From the NCBI GenBank assembly GCA_964386715.1, contig CAYLTD010000019.1, positions 7,075 through 71,074 on the forward strand: a DNA stretch of 64,000 nt. The letters run 5' to 3'. Below are positions 1 to 10,827 of this stretch, one piece after another; the first letter of the stretch is position 1, and each line of letters starts with the position of its first letter. The notes beneath the pieces are model-generated. The model was not told the origin of the DNA. It worked only from the letters and a program-made list of their open reading frames with translations, and searched no databases. This DNA comes from an uncultured Bifidobacterium sp. (lineage in GTDB: Bacteria > Acidobacteriota > Vicinamibacteria > Vicinamibacterales > CAVVIG01). Both the position numbers and the translations under genes were made by a program.

Positions 1-986
1 GTCTCCCAGGTCGAATCATCGAGAACAGCCCGCATGAAGTCGTCGGTCACGCGCACGCTGTTGTTCGAGTTCTGGAAGAACACGGACGAGTACGCCGGGC
101 CCGTGAACGAGCCGTCGTACCCGGCGTCGATGAGGGCCCACGCCTTCTTCTCTTCCTCGACCTTGCAGTTGATGAACTCGACGATGTCGGGGTGCTCGGC
201 GTTCAGGATGACCATCTTGGCCGCGCGCCGCGTCTTGCCGCCCGACTTGATGACACCTGCAAAGGCGTCGTAGCCCTTCATGAAGGACACCGGGCCCGAT
301 GCCGTGCCGCCGCCCGCCAGCAGTTCCTTGGACGAGCGAATCGGCGACAGGTTGGTGCCGGTGCCGGAGCCGAACTTGAAGAGCATGCCCTCGGTGCGGG
401 CAAGGGACAGGATGGAGTCCATCGTGTCCTGCACGGAGTTGATGAAGCAGGCCGAACACTGCGGCGCCTTCTCGAAGCCGCAGTTGAACCAGACCGGGCT
501 GTTGAAGGCGGCCTTCTGGTAGACGAGGATGTGCTTCAGGTCGTCGCTGAACGCCTGCAGGTCCTCTTCGCTGGCGAAGTACCGGTGGTGCCGGGCCCAC
601 TCGGTGATCGTGTTCACCACGCGGCCGATGAGCTGCTTCACGCTGCGCTCGCGCTCGGGCGTGCCAATCTGCCCGCGGAAGTACTTGGAGACCACGATGT
701 TCGTGGCCTGCTGCGACCAGGCCTTCGGGATCTCCACGTCCCGCTGTTCGAACACGACCTCACCGCGTTCGTTGCCGATCACCGCCGACCGCAGCTCCCA
801 CTCGACCTCGTCGAACGGGTCCACGCCCGCTTCGGTGAAGAAGCGGGGAAAGGTCAGCCCGGGGACGGTGGCAGCGGCCGCCTTCCTCACCTTGGGCTTC
901 TCGGCCTCGGCGAAATTCGCCACGCCCGACGAGCCACTCTCTACTGTCTGCTGACCGGCACCGGCGGCCTGGTAGCCTTCTTTCAT
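1..986 (-). CDS. nrdJ: Adenosylcobalamin-dependent (class II) ribonucleotide reductase, N-terminal ~328 codons; the rest lies beyond the left window edge
   Basis: Absent from the ORF track because there is no stop inside the window. My translation of the minus strand starts at ATG 986-984, with GGAG 8 nt upstream. It reads MKEGYQAAG...FTEAGVDPFDEVEWELRSAVIGNERGEVVFEQRDVEIPKAWSQQATNIVVSKYFRGQ...NSPVWFNCG...CFINSVQDTMDSILSLARTEGMLFKFGSGTGTNLSPIRSSKE...GGTASGPVSFMKGYDAFAGVIKSGGKTRRAAKMVIL. These blocks are typical of class II RNR. Confidence 0.9.
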   Translation of the reverse strand, partial: MKEGYQAAGAGQQTVESGSSGVANFAEAEKPKVRKAAAATVPGLTFPRFFTEAGVDPFDEVEWELRSAVIGNERGEVVFEQRDVEIPKAWSQQATNIVVSKYFRGQIGTPERERSVKQLIGRVVNTITEWARHHRYFASEEDLQAFSDDLKHILVYQKAAFNSPVWFNCGFEKAPQCSACFINSVQDTMDSILSLARTEGMLFKFGSGTGTNLSPIRSSKELLAGGGTASGPVSFMKGYDAFAGVIKSGGKTRRAAKMVILNAEHPDIVEFINCKVEEEKKAWALIDAGYDGSFTGPAYSSVFFQNSNNSVRVTDDFMRAVLDDSTWE

Positions 987-1186
987 TGCTGCTGCTCCGT
1001 TTGCTCCGGGGTCATGCCCGGATCAAGCAATCGAGCACCCCTCGCCCCAAGGGGTCCGATCGACTTGTCTCTGAAAATTGGTGGTGAAGCGAACGACCGA
1101 CCGACGTTGTCCCTCAGGTGCGGGTGTGCCGGAAGGCTGGGAGGCCCCCGGGCGCGCTCGCCCCTCCTTGACGTGCCAGGCGATTC

Positions 1187-1215
1187 AATATGCGCCCACG
1201 TAACGCCGATGTCAA
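1187..1215 (-). promoter_or_regulatory. Sigma-70-like promoter candidate for nrdJ (TTGACA-17 nt-CATATT)
   Basis: The minus strand reads TTGACA (1215-1210), tcggcgttacgtgggcg (17 nt), CATATT (1192-1187). This sits about 195 nt upstream of the nrdJ ATG. A perfect -35 hexamer in GC-rich DNA is notable. Confidence 0.4.
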
Positions 1216-1223
1216 TAGCGGAC

Positions 1224-1239
1224 CTACCACATATTGTGC
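1224..1239 (-). promoter_or_regulatory. NrdR-box-like operator candidate just upstream of the -35
   Basis: The minus-strand 16-mer GCACAATATGTGGTAG matches the published NrdR box consensus acaCwAtATaTwGtgt at about 11 of 16 positions. A weaker second copy (CCACATCTTGCG, 1257-1268) lies about 30 bp away; NrdR boxes usually occur in tandem about 3 helical turns apart. Confidence 0.3.
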
Positions 1240-1627
1240 GTGGCTTTTAGGGCACTCGCAAGATGTGGACACCTGTGCGAACGATGGAAATCCCGTGATT
1301 TCCCGGCAAACTCTCCGGGATCGGCCGCCGCGCCGCCTTCGATGGCCACACCCTGGCCCTGACACAAGCGGACCGACTGCAGAGAAGTGGCAGGTGGGAG
1401 GCTGGCCTGTCGGCCGCCTCCCTCGTGCATCAGGCAGGAGGTGTGGAAGGTGGTGTGCCCCCCCGCAGAACACGGGAGGAACGAGGTTGCCTTACACCCG
1501 AGCAACCCGAATGCCAGAGCCCGACCATCGGAAAACGGCGCATTCCCGCGGGCCGCGGCCCGTGTGCGGGCGTCAGGGTGTCACCTCCCTGCACAGGTCC
1601 ACTGCACGCTGGGTAGTCCGCTTCACA

Positions 1628-2221
1628 TCAGCGCCCCAGCAACTGGGCCGCGAGCGCGGCCGCCTTGTCGGCCAGGTTGCTGGCGAACACCAGGTTCCGC
1701 GCCTGGACGGCCGCCTCGGCCTGCACGGCAAACCGCTTCGCCGTGTCGTACTGGTTGCGCGCGTTGGCGTTCAGCGCCTGGTAGTTCACCCGGTTGAGGT
1801 CGCTCATGGCCTGCGCGATGAGGGTCCTCACACGCCGCTCCACCTCGCCCTCGCGCTGGGTCGGGGTGGTCTGCAGGGTGGTTGCCGGCGGCCGGGGCGA
1901 CTCGTCGGCCGGCCGCGGTAGGTCCGCAGGTACCGTCTCGACCTTGGGTGGCTCGGTCGCACGAGGTGCGTCGGTGCGCTGCGCCGGCTCGCTGCGCCGC
2001 AGCGTGGTCGGTTGCTCGTCGGGCAGTGCGATCACGGGTGACTGCGGCGGTTCGCTCGCCTCGACCACGCGCGGCGGCGGCGCCGGCATCTCGAGCGGAG
2101 GGAGTTCGACCAGCGTCCGGGCCTTGGCGTGCGCACAGGCTGACAGGCCGATCGCGGCAGACACGACCACGGCGGAGCGCAGGCACCCACGGACGTGCTC
2201 GCATGTGGCCTTCATCTCCAT
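1628..2221 (-). CDS. Hypothetical lipoprotein (Pro-rich linker plus helical C-terminal domain)
   Basis: The signal peptide has a lipobox (...SAAIGLSAC). A Pro/Glu/Thr-rich spacer follows, then a conserved-looking helical C-terminus (NRVNYQALNANARNQYDTAKRFAVQAEAAVQARNL). It lies 40 nt downstream of the kinase gene on the same strand. Confidence 0.6.
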   Translation of the reverse strand: MEMKATCEHVRGCLRSAVVVSAAIGLSACAHAKARTLVELPPLEMPAPPPRVVEASEPPQSPVIALPDEQPTTLRRSEPAQRTDAPRATEPPKVETVPADLPRPADESPRPPATTLQTTPTQREGEVERRVRTLIAQAMSDLNRVNYQALNANARNQYDTAKRFAVQAEAAVQARNLVFASNLADKAAALAAQLLGR

Positions 2222-2260
2222 CGATGCACCCCGCGTTCCTGCATTGTCAACGTCGCCCGC

Positions 2261-4120
2261 TCACGCCCGCGGGAGCAGGATCGTGAACGTCGTGCCCTTT
2301 CCTGGAGTCGACTGTACTTCAATCTCGCCGTCGTGCATCTGGACCGTGCGATAGACCATCGACAGCCCGATGCCGCTGCCCTGCGGCTTGGTCGTGAAGT
2401 AGAGATCGAAGATCCGCTGCAGGTGCTCCGGCTTGATGCCCACGCCGGTATCCGCCACGGTGAGCTTCACGCGGCCATTGCGACCCGCTTCGCAGGCCAT
2501 CCGCAGCGTGCCGCCATCCGGCATGGCCTGGCAGGCATTCAGGGCCAGGTTCAGGACCGCCTGCCGCAACATCGCCGGGTCGCCGTTCACCTCCGGTGCA
2601 GACGCCGCATCCACGTCGATGCGGATCCGACGCTGCACGGCCTCCGGCGTCACGATCGGCACCACCTCGCCGAGCAGTTCGGCCAGGTTCACCCGCTGCA
2701 GCTTCAGGTCCTCGGGGCGCGTGAACTTCAGGAATCCCTGCACGACCTCGTCCAGGCGCCGGATCTCGCGAGCGATCACGTCCACGTGCTGGAGCGCGGC
2801 CGGCGGCGGACCTGGGGGCGCCGCGTCCGCGATGCCGAGCGGACCTCGTGCCACGCCCCGTCCTGCACTCGCCACCGAGGGCGCCACGTACTGACGCAGC
2901 AGTTCCAGGTGGATCATCATCGAGTTCAAAGGGTTCTTCACCTCGTGCGCCACGCCAGCTGACAGGCGGCCGAGGGCGGCGAGCTTGCGGGAATACCGGA
3001 TCGTCGACTGCACCTGGCTCAGGTACTCGACGTTGCGCGCGATGAGCATCACGCCCATCAGCGCGCCGGTCGCATCGAGCACGGGATGCGCGAGCAGCAG
3101 GCGCTCGCCCTGCTCCCCGCCCGGCAGCGTGAAGGTGGCGGACAGCGGGCCGCGCGACTGGTGCGTGGCCAGCGTTTCGTCGGCAAGCTGCCGAAGCGGG
3201 TGCTTCGCGGGCACGAGTCCCTCGAGCGCCGCTCCACTCGTGGCGTCGGCCACGAGCGAACGCATGGCGGGGTTCGCAAAGAGCAGCTCGCCGTTCGGCG
3301 CGACGATCGCCACGGCGTCCTCGAGGTGCTCGACCGCGGATTCCAGGTTTGCGACCTGCCCTGCCATCTGCGAGCGGTCCGCGGCGATCTGCGCGCTGAC
3401 CGCGTTGAAGAACGTCCCGAGTTCCCCGAACTCGTCCTGTGGCAGATCCAGCTGCACTCCGGACTCGCCGCGCCCGAGCCGCGTCAGCCCGCTCCGGATC
3501 ACGTGAATCGGGCGCAGCAGCAGCTGAGCGAGCACCGAGGCCCCGAAGACCGCAATGGCCAGTGCTGCCAAGGCGGTGACCACCGCCGGGCCGAGCGATC
3601 GGTTCAGGTCGCGGCGGATGAGCAGGGTCGACACGCCGATGTGAATGGAACCGATCGGCCGATCATCGAGCAGCAGAGGCTGGGCGAAATCGAGGTTGCG
3701 CCCCTCGTCGCGATAGATCGTCGTGAGCTGCTCCACCTTACTCCGGGTCAGCAGTTCCTGGAGCGAGGCCAGCACCGGGATGGGCTCGCCCTCCTGCGCG
3801 CGGTCGGCGTGCATCACCGCCGTGCCGCGAGCGTCGGCGATTGCGGCAAAGGTCACGTTGTTGTCGTACAGGCTCGCCTCGAGGATCGACCGCAGGCCCG
3901 GGTCGTCGTGCAGCAGCAGCGTGGGGTCTGCCTCGCCAGTGACGACGACCTCGCGCGCGCGGTGGTAGATCGCATTCGCCAGCAGTTCGGCACGCGCCCG
4001 GCTCTCGTCCAGGCTGACCTGCGCCAGCCCCGCGAGGTGCAGCAGACTCAGGACCACGACGACGACGCCGACAATCAGCGTGACGCCGAGGACCTGCTTG
4101 CCCTTGATGCCGAGACGCAT
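2261..4120 (-). CDS. Membrane sensor histidine kinase (N-terminal TM and sensor region, HAMP, PAS, HisKA, HATPase_c)
   Basis: H-box AHEVKNPLNSM, N-box LNLALNACQAM, G-boxes DTGVGI and GSGIGLS, and an N-terminal TM segment VLGVTLIVGVVVVVLSLL. Confidence 0.9.
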   Translation of the reverse strand: MRLGIKGKQVLGVTLIVGVVVVVLSLLHLAGLAQVSLDESRARAELLANAIYHRAREVVVTGEADPTLLLHDDPGLRSILEASLYDNNVTFAAIADARGTAVMHADRAQEGEPIPVLASLQELLTRSKVEQLTTIYRDEGRNLDFAQPLLLDDRPIGSIHIGVSTLLIRRDLNRSLGPAVVTALAALAIAVFGASVLAQLLLRPIHVIRSGLTRLGRGESGVQLDLPQDEFGELGTFFNAVSAQIAADRSQMAGQVANLESAVEHLEDAVAIVAPNGELLFANPAMRSLVADATSGAALEGLVPAKHPLRQLADETLATHQSRGPLSATFTLPGGEQGERLLLAHPVLDATGALMGVMLIARNVEYLSQVQSTIRYSRKLAALGRLSAGVAHEVKNPLNSMMIHLELLRQYVAPSVASAGRGVARGPLGIADAAPPGPPPAALQHVDVIAREIRRLDEVVQGFLKFTRPEDLKLQRVNLAELLGEVVPIVTPEAVQRRIRIDVDAASAPEVNGDPAMLRQAVLNLALNACQAMPDGGTLRMACEAGRNGRVKLTVADTGVGIKPEHLQRIFDLYFTTKPQGSGIGLSMVYRTVQMHDGEIEVQSTPGKGTTFTILLPRA

Positions 4121-4214
4121 GGTGATCCTCGCCGGCTTCAGCCCAGGGAACGCCGGGCACCGGGTGGTGACTCCAGGCTCCGGGCTCCCGGGGCGGTTGC
4201 CCCGGCCGCCGGTC

Positions 4215-5675
<1,461 letters not shown>

Positions 5676-5711
5676 CTCTCCGTAAGTGATTGAAAAATCA
5701 AGCTCTACCTA

Positions 5712-5727
5712 TGGAGCCAGCTTTGCA
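5712..5727 (+). promoter_or_regulatory. -24/-12 (sigma-54-type) promoter candidate
   Basis: TGGAGC-CAGCT-TTGCA versus consensus TGGCAC-N5-TTGCW, with correct GG/GC spacing. It lies in the divergent gap next to the activator gene and only 13 nt before ATG 5740. Confidence 0.5.
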
Positions 5728-5739
5728 GTATCCGCCTCC

Positions 5740-6489
5740 ATGCAAGCACCGTTTACCTGTTGTGCAATTGTTGTGCTGGTCAGCATCGGGGCCGCTGGCT
5801 GCCAGCAGACCTCGCCTGGAGCGAGCCGTACCCGGAGCGCGGATTCAACCGTGATTCCGCCGGATGCGCCGGGGGGCGCACCTCGCAAGGACTCGCAGGC
5901 ACCGGCGCGATCATCAGAACCGGCCGCCAGCCCCGCGCCGGAGCAGGCGGCGCCGGCCTCGGCTTCCCGCGAGTTCACCCTGCCGGCGGGCACCGTGCTG
6001 CAACTCGTCCTCGACACCGGCGTAGCAAGTGATGTCAGCTCGGCTGGTGACGAAGTCCGGGCGCACCTGCTCGACCCCGTTCGCGTCGGTGACGCGGACG
6101 TCTTGCCCCAGGGTACGCCGCTGGTGGGCGCCGTGACCACTGCCGAGCGCCCGGGAAAGGTACAGGGCCTCGCGCGGGTGGCATTCAGCTTCAGCCGCAT
6201 CGAGGTGCACGGGGCGCGGTATCCGATCGCGACCCGCGCTGTCGCGCGCACGGCCAAGGCCACGAAGAGCAAGGACGCGCTGAAGATCGGGGCCGGTGCC
6301 GGAGGTGGTGCTCTGGTCGGCGGACTCGTCGGCGGCAGGAAGGGCGCGGCGATCGGTACCGCGGTCGGAGGCGGGGCGGGCACGGCGGTCGTCCTCTCGA
6401 CCCGCGGTGAAGACATCCGGCTGGCGCGCGGCGCGCCGGTTCGGGTGACGTTGAGCGAGCCGCTGACAATCCGCGTGCCGGTCCGCTGA
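5740..6489 (+). CDS. Glycine-zipper outer-membrane-type lipoprotein
   Basis: The internal ATG at 5740 gives MQAPFTCCAIVVLVSIGAAGC, a lipoprotein signal peptide. The C-terminal half carries a Gly-zipper: IGAGAGGGALVGGLVGGRKGAAIGTAVGGGAGTAVV. Confidence 0.7.
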   Translation: MQAPFTCCAIVVLVSIGAAGCQQTSPGASRTRSADSTVIPPDAPGGAPRKDSQAPARSSEPAASPAPEQAAPASASREFTLPAGTVLQLVLDTGVASDVSSAGDEVRAHLLDPVRVGDADVLPQGTPLVGAVTTAERPGKVQGLARVAFSFSRIEVHGARYPIATRAVARTAKATKSKDALKIGAGAGGGALVGGLVGGRKGAAIGTAVGGGAGTAVVLSTRGEDIRLARGAPVRVTLSEPLTIRVPVR

Positions 6490-6507
6490 GCCCGTCGGAA
6501 CCGCCTG

Positions 6508-7293
6508 GTGCGGTACGCTGAGGACATGGAGAGCGACTCCACCCAGGGTTCTGCCCCGCTCGAGCCGCCCGCACCCGAGGCCTTTGGAGCCTCGCCGACC
6601 GGAGCCGAGCGAGCCGTCGCCGCTGCGGAGGTGGTGCTCTGCTCGGACTACCCGACACAGATCGCGCTCGCCGCCACATTCAGCCTGTTCGGGTTCCGGC
6701 CGCTCGGGCCTGACGGCCTGAGCCTCGCCTACGTCGTCGTGCTGTCCCTGGCGGACACGGCGTTCCTCGTCGCGCTGATGTTGTTCTTCCTGCAGGTGCA
6801 CGGCGAATCCCCGCGCGACCTCTTCCTCGGCGGGAAGGACATCCGGACTGAAGCGTGGGCCGGCATACCGCTGCTCTTCGGAGCCCTCGCCATTGCGCTG
6901 GTCGTGCTTCTGGGCATCCAGGCCGCCGCGCCCTGGCTGCGCACCCAGCCCCGAAATCCGCTTCAGGACCTGGTGCGCACGCCTGGCGACGCGGCAATGT
7001 TTGCCGTCGTGTTGATCGTGGCCGGTGGCATTCGCGAGGAGTTGCAGCGCGCGTTCCTGCTGGGCCGCTTCGAACGATGGCTCGGGGGGCGGAAGGTCGG
7101 GCTCGTCGTGTCGAGCGTGATGTTCGGGGCCGGGCACCTCGTGCAGGGAGCCGACGCCGCGATTGCGACCGGCGTGCTCGGCGCCTTCTGGGGCCTGGTC
7201 TATCTCCGGCGCCGCTCGGTCGTCGCGCCGGTGGTCAGCCACGCGGGGTTCAATCTCGTGCAGGTGCTCCAGTTCCTGTCCCTGGCGCGCTGA
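6508..7293 (+). CDS. CPBP family intramembrane glutamic endopeptidase (CAAX protease-like)
   Basis: Multi-TM protein with the family motifs GGIREELQRAF (EExxxR), FGAGH and SHAGFN. The start is uncertain: GTG 6508 or ATG 6526. Confidence 0.85.
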   Translation: MRYAEDMESDSTQGSAPLEPPAPEAFGASPTGAERAVAAAEVVLCSDYPTQIALAATFSLFGFRPLGPDGLSLAYVVVLSLADTAFLVALMLFFLQVHGESPRDLFLGGKDIRTEAWAGIPLLFGALAIALVVLLGIQAAAPWLRTQPRNPLQDLVRTPGDAAMFAVVLIVAGGIREELQRAFLLGRFERWLGGRKVGLVVSSVMFGAGHLVQGADAAIATGVLGAFWGLVYLRRRSVVAPVVSHAGFNLVQVLQFLSLAR

Positions 7294-7792
7294 GTTCGTC
7301 ATAGAGGTTGACGATCTCCGCCCGCTGGCGCAGCCCCGCGACCCACTCCTCCACCAGGCGCCGCTGCTGCTCCGGCGAGTCGGCCGTGAAACGCTGATCG
7401 AGGTATGCCCGGATGCGGAGATCCTCGCGGACGAGGCCACGCACGTAGCCAACGTCCACACCGAGCCTTGCCAACTGCGCGTCGAGTGCCCGGGCGGAGC
7501 CTGCGCGCTGGACGAGGGCGACCATCGCGGCCTCGATCGCGGCCGGTGTCGGCTCGGGCGGTGCGAAACGCTCGGCTTCCTCGAGGATCAGCGCACGGTC
7601 GATGAGCCGGGTCAGGGCCTCCCGTACGGGGTCCGTGGCCGACCCAACCTCCACCCGGCCCAGTTCGCGGGCCGTCCGCACGTCACTGAGCGTGATCACC
7701 TCACCCGCCGCCACCGCGAGGATGCGGTCGATCACTTCCTGCGCACTCGAGACCTGCGCCAGTCCGCCGAGCAGCGCGCCCAGGACGAGCAT
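7250..7792 (-). CDS. SurA N-terminal-domain-like periplasmic chaperone
   Basis: From ATG 7792 the product reads MLVLGALLGGLAQVSSAQEVIDRILAVAAGEVITLSDV..., a signal peptide plus the typical SurA_N opening. It lies directly downstream of bamA. The upstream in-frame Val and Leu codons I checked are GTC, TTA and CTC, so none is a start codon. Confidence 0.65.
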   Translation of the reverse strand: MLVLGALLGGLAQVSSAQEVIDRILAVAAGEVITLSDVRTARELGRVEVGSATDPVREALTRLIDRALILEEAERFAPPEPTPAAIEAAMVALVQRAGSARALDAQLARLGVDVGYVRGLVREDLRIRAYLDQRFTADSPEQQRRLVEEWVAGLRQRAEIVNLYDELSAPGTGTGAPARD

Positions 7793-7920
7793 GAGGATAC
7801 CCGCGACATGCCTGGCGCCACGGGGTAAACGGGTGAGACAGCGCCCGGCGTTGGCGACCGGCCGGCGCGGTCGCGGGACGCCGATCACCCGGTCCGCACC
7901 GCTGCGGGCCCCGGCCACGG

Positions 7921-10827
7921 CTAGAACGCCTCCCCGAAGGTGATGAACCACGCCGTCCGCGTTTCACCCGTGCGGCGGGGCACCTTGAATCCGAGATCGA
8001 AGCGAAGGGGGCCGACGGGCGACTTGTAGCGGAACCCGAAGCCGAGCGCGGGGCGGAGATCACGCACGGTCACGTCCGACACCGTCTTGAAGACATTGCC
8101 GACGTCCGCAAAGCCCACCACGCGAACGCCGCTGCGGACCGGGACCCGGAACTCGCCGTTGAACAACAGCAAGGCATTGCCGCCGAGGGCGAACCCCGCC
8201 GCGTCGAGGGTGTCCACCGGGCTCGGCGGATCCCGGCGCACGCCCAGCCGGTCGAGTGTGAATCCGCGCACGGTCGTGTCGCCGCCCGCGAAGAAGCGCT
8301 CGCTGGCCGGCAGGTCGCGCGACCCCGCTGCGTTCGGGAACCCCGCTGCGGCGCCCAGCCGCGCGCTCGCCGCGAAGACGATGCCGTTGGTGCGCGGCAG
8401 CGTCCGGAACGACTGCGCGGTGATGTACGACTTCACGAATCCGACCTCCGAGCCGACCGTGCGCGCTGCCACCTGCCCGTTGCCGCTGAAGTAGGAGCCC
8501 CTGCTCGGATCGACCGGATCGTCCCTCGTGTCGCGGATGGCGGACGCGAGGAACGACGACACACGCACCTTGGGAAACAGCCGGTCGATCGCTCGCTGCT
8601 GCGACTGCTCCACGCTCTGGTTGAAGACGCGCGTGCGCTGGATCTGGTAGCCGCCGCTGACGCTCACGTTTCGGCTCAGGCGCATGGCGAGTTCGGCGAT
8701 GACACTGCGACGAGAGAAGTTGAAGCTGGATCGAATCTGCTGCTCGAGCGTGCCGGTGACGCGGAAGTCGGCGGTCGACTGCAGGATGCGCGGCTGGCGG
8801 AACTGCCCCAGGACCCGGTACTGCGGGAACCCGTAGCCCCCGGAGTCGCCGGAGGCCGGCGCCTGGTTGGCGAAGACCGGCGAGTTGCGTGGGTGCAGGC
8901 TGGCGCTGGTGAACAGGTTGACCGACCGGTTCGTGCCGAACAGGTTTCGACGCCCCACCTCGAACGACGCGCGCGGCGCGAACTGCAGCTGCTCGGAGGC
9001 AACATCGGGGTCGTTCGCCGTGCGGACGACCCGGCGCCGCACCTCGAACCCGGCGCCGTAGCCGATGGTCGTGAGCGGGGCTTCCTCGATCGTGACGAGC
9101 ACGTCGCGCCGCCCTTCATCCGCACGCCCGAGCTGCGTGATGCGCGCCCGGCGAAACAGGCCGAGCGCCGCGAGCCTCCGCTGGCTCTCGCTGATGGCCT
9201 CGAGGCCCAGCGGCTCGCCCGGACGGAACCGCAGTTCGCGCTCGATGGTCTCGCTGCTCGTTCGATCGTTGCCGACGATGAGGATGCGGTCGACGAACAC
9301 CCTGGCCCCCTCCCGGACCGCGAACACCACGTCGGCGAGCCGGCCGTCGGGGCTGACGCGCGTGCGCGATTCCACCGACGCCGTGTGATAACCGAGATTC
9401 GCGTACTTGAGCTCGATCGCATCGCGATCGAACGCCAGTCGCCCGGTGGAGTACGGCTGCCCCGGGGACAGGCTCAGGCCGGTCGTGAGACTCTCGGGAG
9501 CGATGTCCCGATTTCCCTCGATCGAGACCGAGTTGACGATGGTGCGCACGTTTTCCGTGATCGCGATGCGAACCGCCATCGGCACGACCGCCTCGGTGGA
9601 CGCGCCCTGGGCCTCCACCGTGGCATCGGCGCGCGCCGACGCGAACCCCTGGCGTCGATAGGCCTCCTCGATCTGCACGAGGTCGGCATCCAGCGCGGCG
9701 GCCGAGAACGGCTGGCCCGCCCGCACACGCAGGCGCGCCGCCAGATCCGGGGTCGGGATGGACGCGTTCCCCCCGACGTCCACCGTCGCGACCCGATACT
9801 GGCTGCCACGGCGCACGGTGAAGGTGATGACCAGTTCGCCCTCCCGTGTCTCCCGCACGAAGGGCGCAGACGCGTCGCGATACCCCTGCGCGCGGAGGTA
9901 CTCGGCGATGCGGTTGCTGGAGTCCTCCAGCAGATCCTCGTCCGCGGACCCTTCCCTGGCGACCGGCACCAGCTCTGCCTGACGATCCGCCGGAATCGGA
10001 TCGCCCGCGAAGACGATGCGGACCCGCGGGCCCTGGTCGACCACGAAGTCGAGGCGCGCTGTCAGCTGCTGCGCATCGAGCCTCGGCGTCACGGAGGCGC
10101 GCGCCTGGTAGTGGCCCTGACGGCGTCGATCGGCGAGATACCGCTCGAGCCGTGCGCCGAAGACCTCGCGCACGAACGGGTCGCCGGTGTGCAGATCGAC
10201 CCGATCGAGGAACTCGGCGACCGACATGCCGGGCGTGCCCTCCACCGTGATGTCGCCGATGCGCGCCAACGGGCCTGCGTCGACCGTGAAGAGCAGGCGC
10301 CGGCGTGGATCCCCGGGCACCGGCTCCACCCGGGCAGTGGCTCGCGCGCTCAGGTAGCCGGCATCTCGAATCACGCGCTCCAGCGTGTCGGCCATCTGCG
10401 GGGCACGCGTCTCGCGAGGAGCGCGCCCGAAACTCTCCGCCAGCTGCTGACGGAGGCGCCCCTCGTCCAGGCCGGGCCGGTCGATTCCCCTGAAGGCGAT
10501 GACCTCAATCGGGTGGGCGGGCACCAGTTCGTACACGAGCCGCACACGTCCGTCCTCGAGCGCCGCCACGACGCGCACGTCGGCATAGGTGCCGAGGCTG
10601 AAGAGGTGGGTGATCGATTCCCGCACGGCGTGCAGGTCCAGCGGCTGGCCGACGGCCGTCTCGATGAGCGAGACGAGCCGCGGGTCGGCGAGCGTGCGGC
10701 CTTCGGACCGGATGGTCACCGACGCCACCACGCGTCCGAGGTAATCCGCAACGTCCGCCGCGGCGGGCGACGGCGCACCCAGCGCCAGCAAGGCTGCCAG
10801 GACCGCCGTCACGAACAGCCGACCCAT
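7921..10827 (-). CDS. bamA: Outer membrane protein assembly factor BamA (POTRA repeats plus Omp85 barrel)
   Basis: Signal peptide MGRLFVTAVLAALLALGAPSPAAA. Repeated POTRA-like units follow (..V..I.F.G.....). The barrel motifs FAGGDTTVRGF are present, and the C-terminus is ...FITFGEAF (terminal Phe). Confidence 0.93.
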   Translation of the reverse strand: MGRLFVTAVLAALLALGAPSPAAADVADYLGRVVASVTIRSEGRTLADPRLVSLIETAVGQPLDLHAVRESITHLFSLGTYADVRVVAALEDGRVRLVYELVPAHPIEVIAFRGIDRPGLDEGRLRQQLAESFGRAPRETRAPQMADTLERVIRDAGYLSARATARVEPVPGDPRRRLLFTVDAGPLARIGDITVEGTPGMSVAEFLDRVDLHTGDPFVREVFGARLERYLADRRRQGHYQARASVTPRLDAQQLTARLDFVVDQGPRVRIVFAGDPIPADRQAELVPVAREGSADEDLLEDSSNRIAEYLRAQGYRDASAPFVRETREGELVITFTVRRGSQYRVATVDVGGNASIPTPDLAARLRVRAGQPFSAAALDADLVQIEEAYRRQGFASARADATVEAQGASTEAVVPMAVRIAITENVRTIVNSVSIEGNRDIAPESLTTGLSLSPGQPYSTGRLAFDRDAIELKYANLGYHTASVESRTRVSPDGRLADVVFAVREGARVFVDRILIVGNDRTSSETIERELRFRPGEPLGLEAISESQRRLAALGLFRRARITQLGRADEGRRDVLVTIEEAPLTTIGYGAGFEVRRRVVRTANDPDVASEQLQFAPRASFEVGRRNLFGTNRSVNLFTSASLHPRNSPVFANQAPASGDSGGYGFPQYRVLGQFRQPRILQSTADFRVTGTLEQQIRSSFNFSRRSVIAELAMRLSRNVSVSGGYQIQRTRVFNQSVEQSQQRAIDRLFPKVRVSSFLASAIRDTRDDPVDPSRGSYFSGNGQVAARTVGSEVGFVKSYITAQSFRTLPRTNGIVFAASARLGAAAGFPNAAGSRDLPASERFFAGGDTTVRGFTLDRLGVRRDPPSPVDTLDAAGFALGGNALLLFNGEFRVPVRSGVRVVGFADVGNVFKTVSDVTVRDLRPALGFGFRYKSPVGPLRFDLGFKVPRRTGETRTAWFITFGEAF

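Noticed and set aside
1380-1620. Possible cobalamin riboswitch on the minus strand upstream of nrdJ (fragments AGGGAGGTGACACCC, CCCGCACACGG, GCCAG......ACCTGCC).
   Set aside because: The conserved GGTG..AA..CC core and a proper B12 box (AGYCMGGAGACCKGCC) are not present. The best promoter candidate lies downstream of the region. B12 riboswitches classically repress B12-independent RNRs, not the B12-dependent nrdJ. An Infernal scan would settle it.
5914-7461. 515-aa minus-strand ORF overlapping the lipoprotein and CPBP genes.
   Set aside because: It is an Arg/Gly/Pro/Ala-rich shadow ORF antisense to two genes with clear motifs. This is typical of high-GC DNA, where stop codons are rare in non-coding frames.
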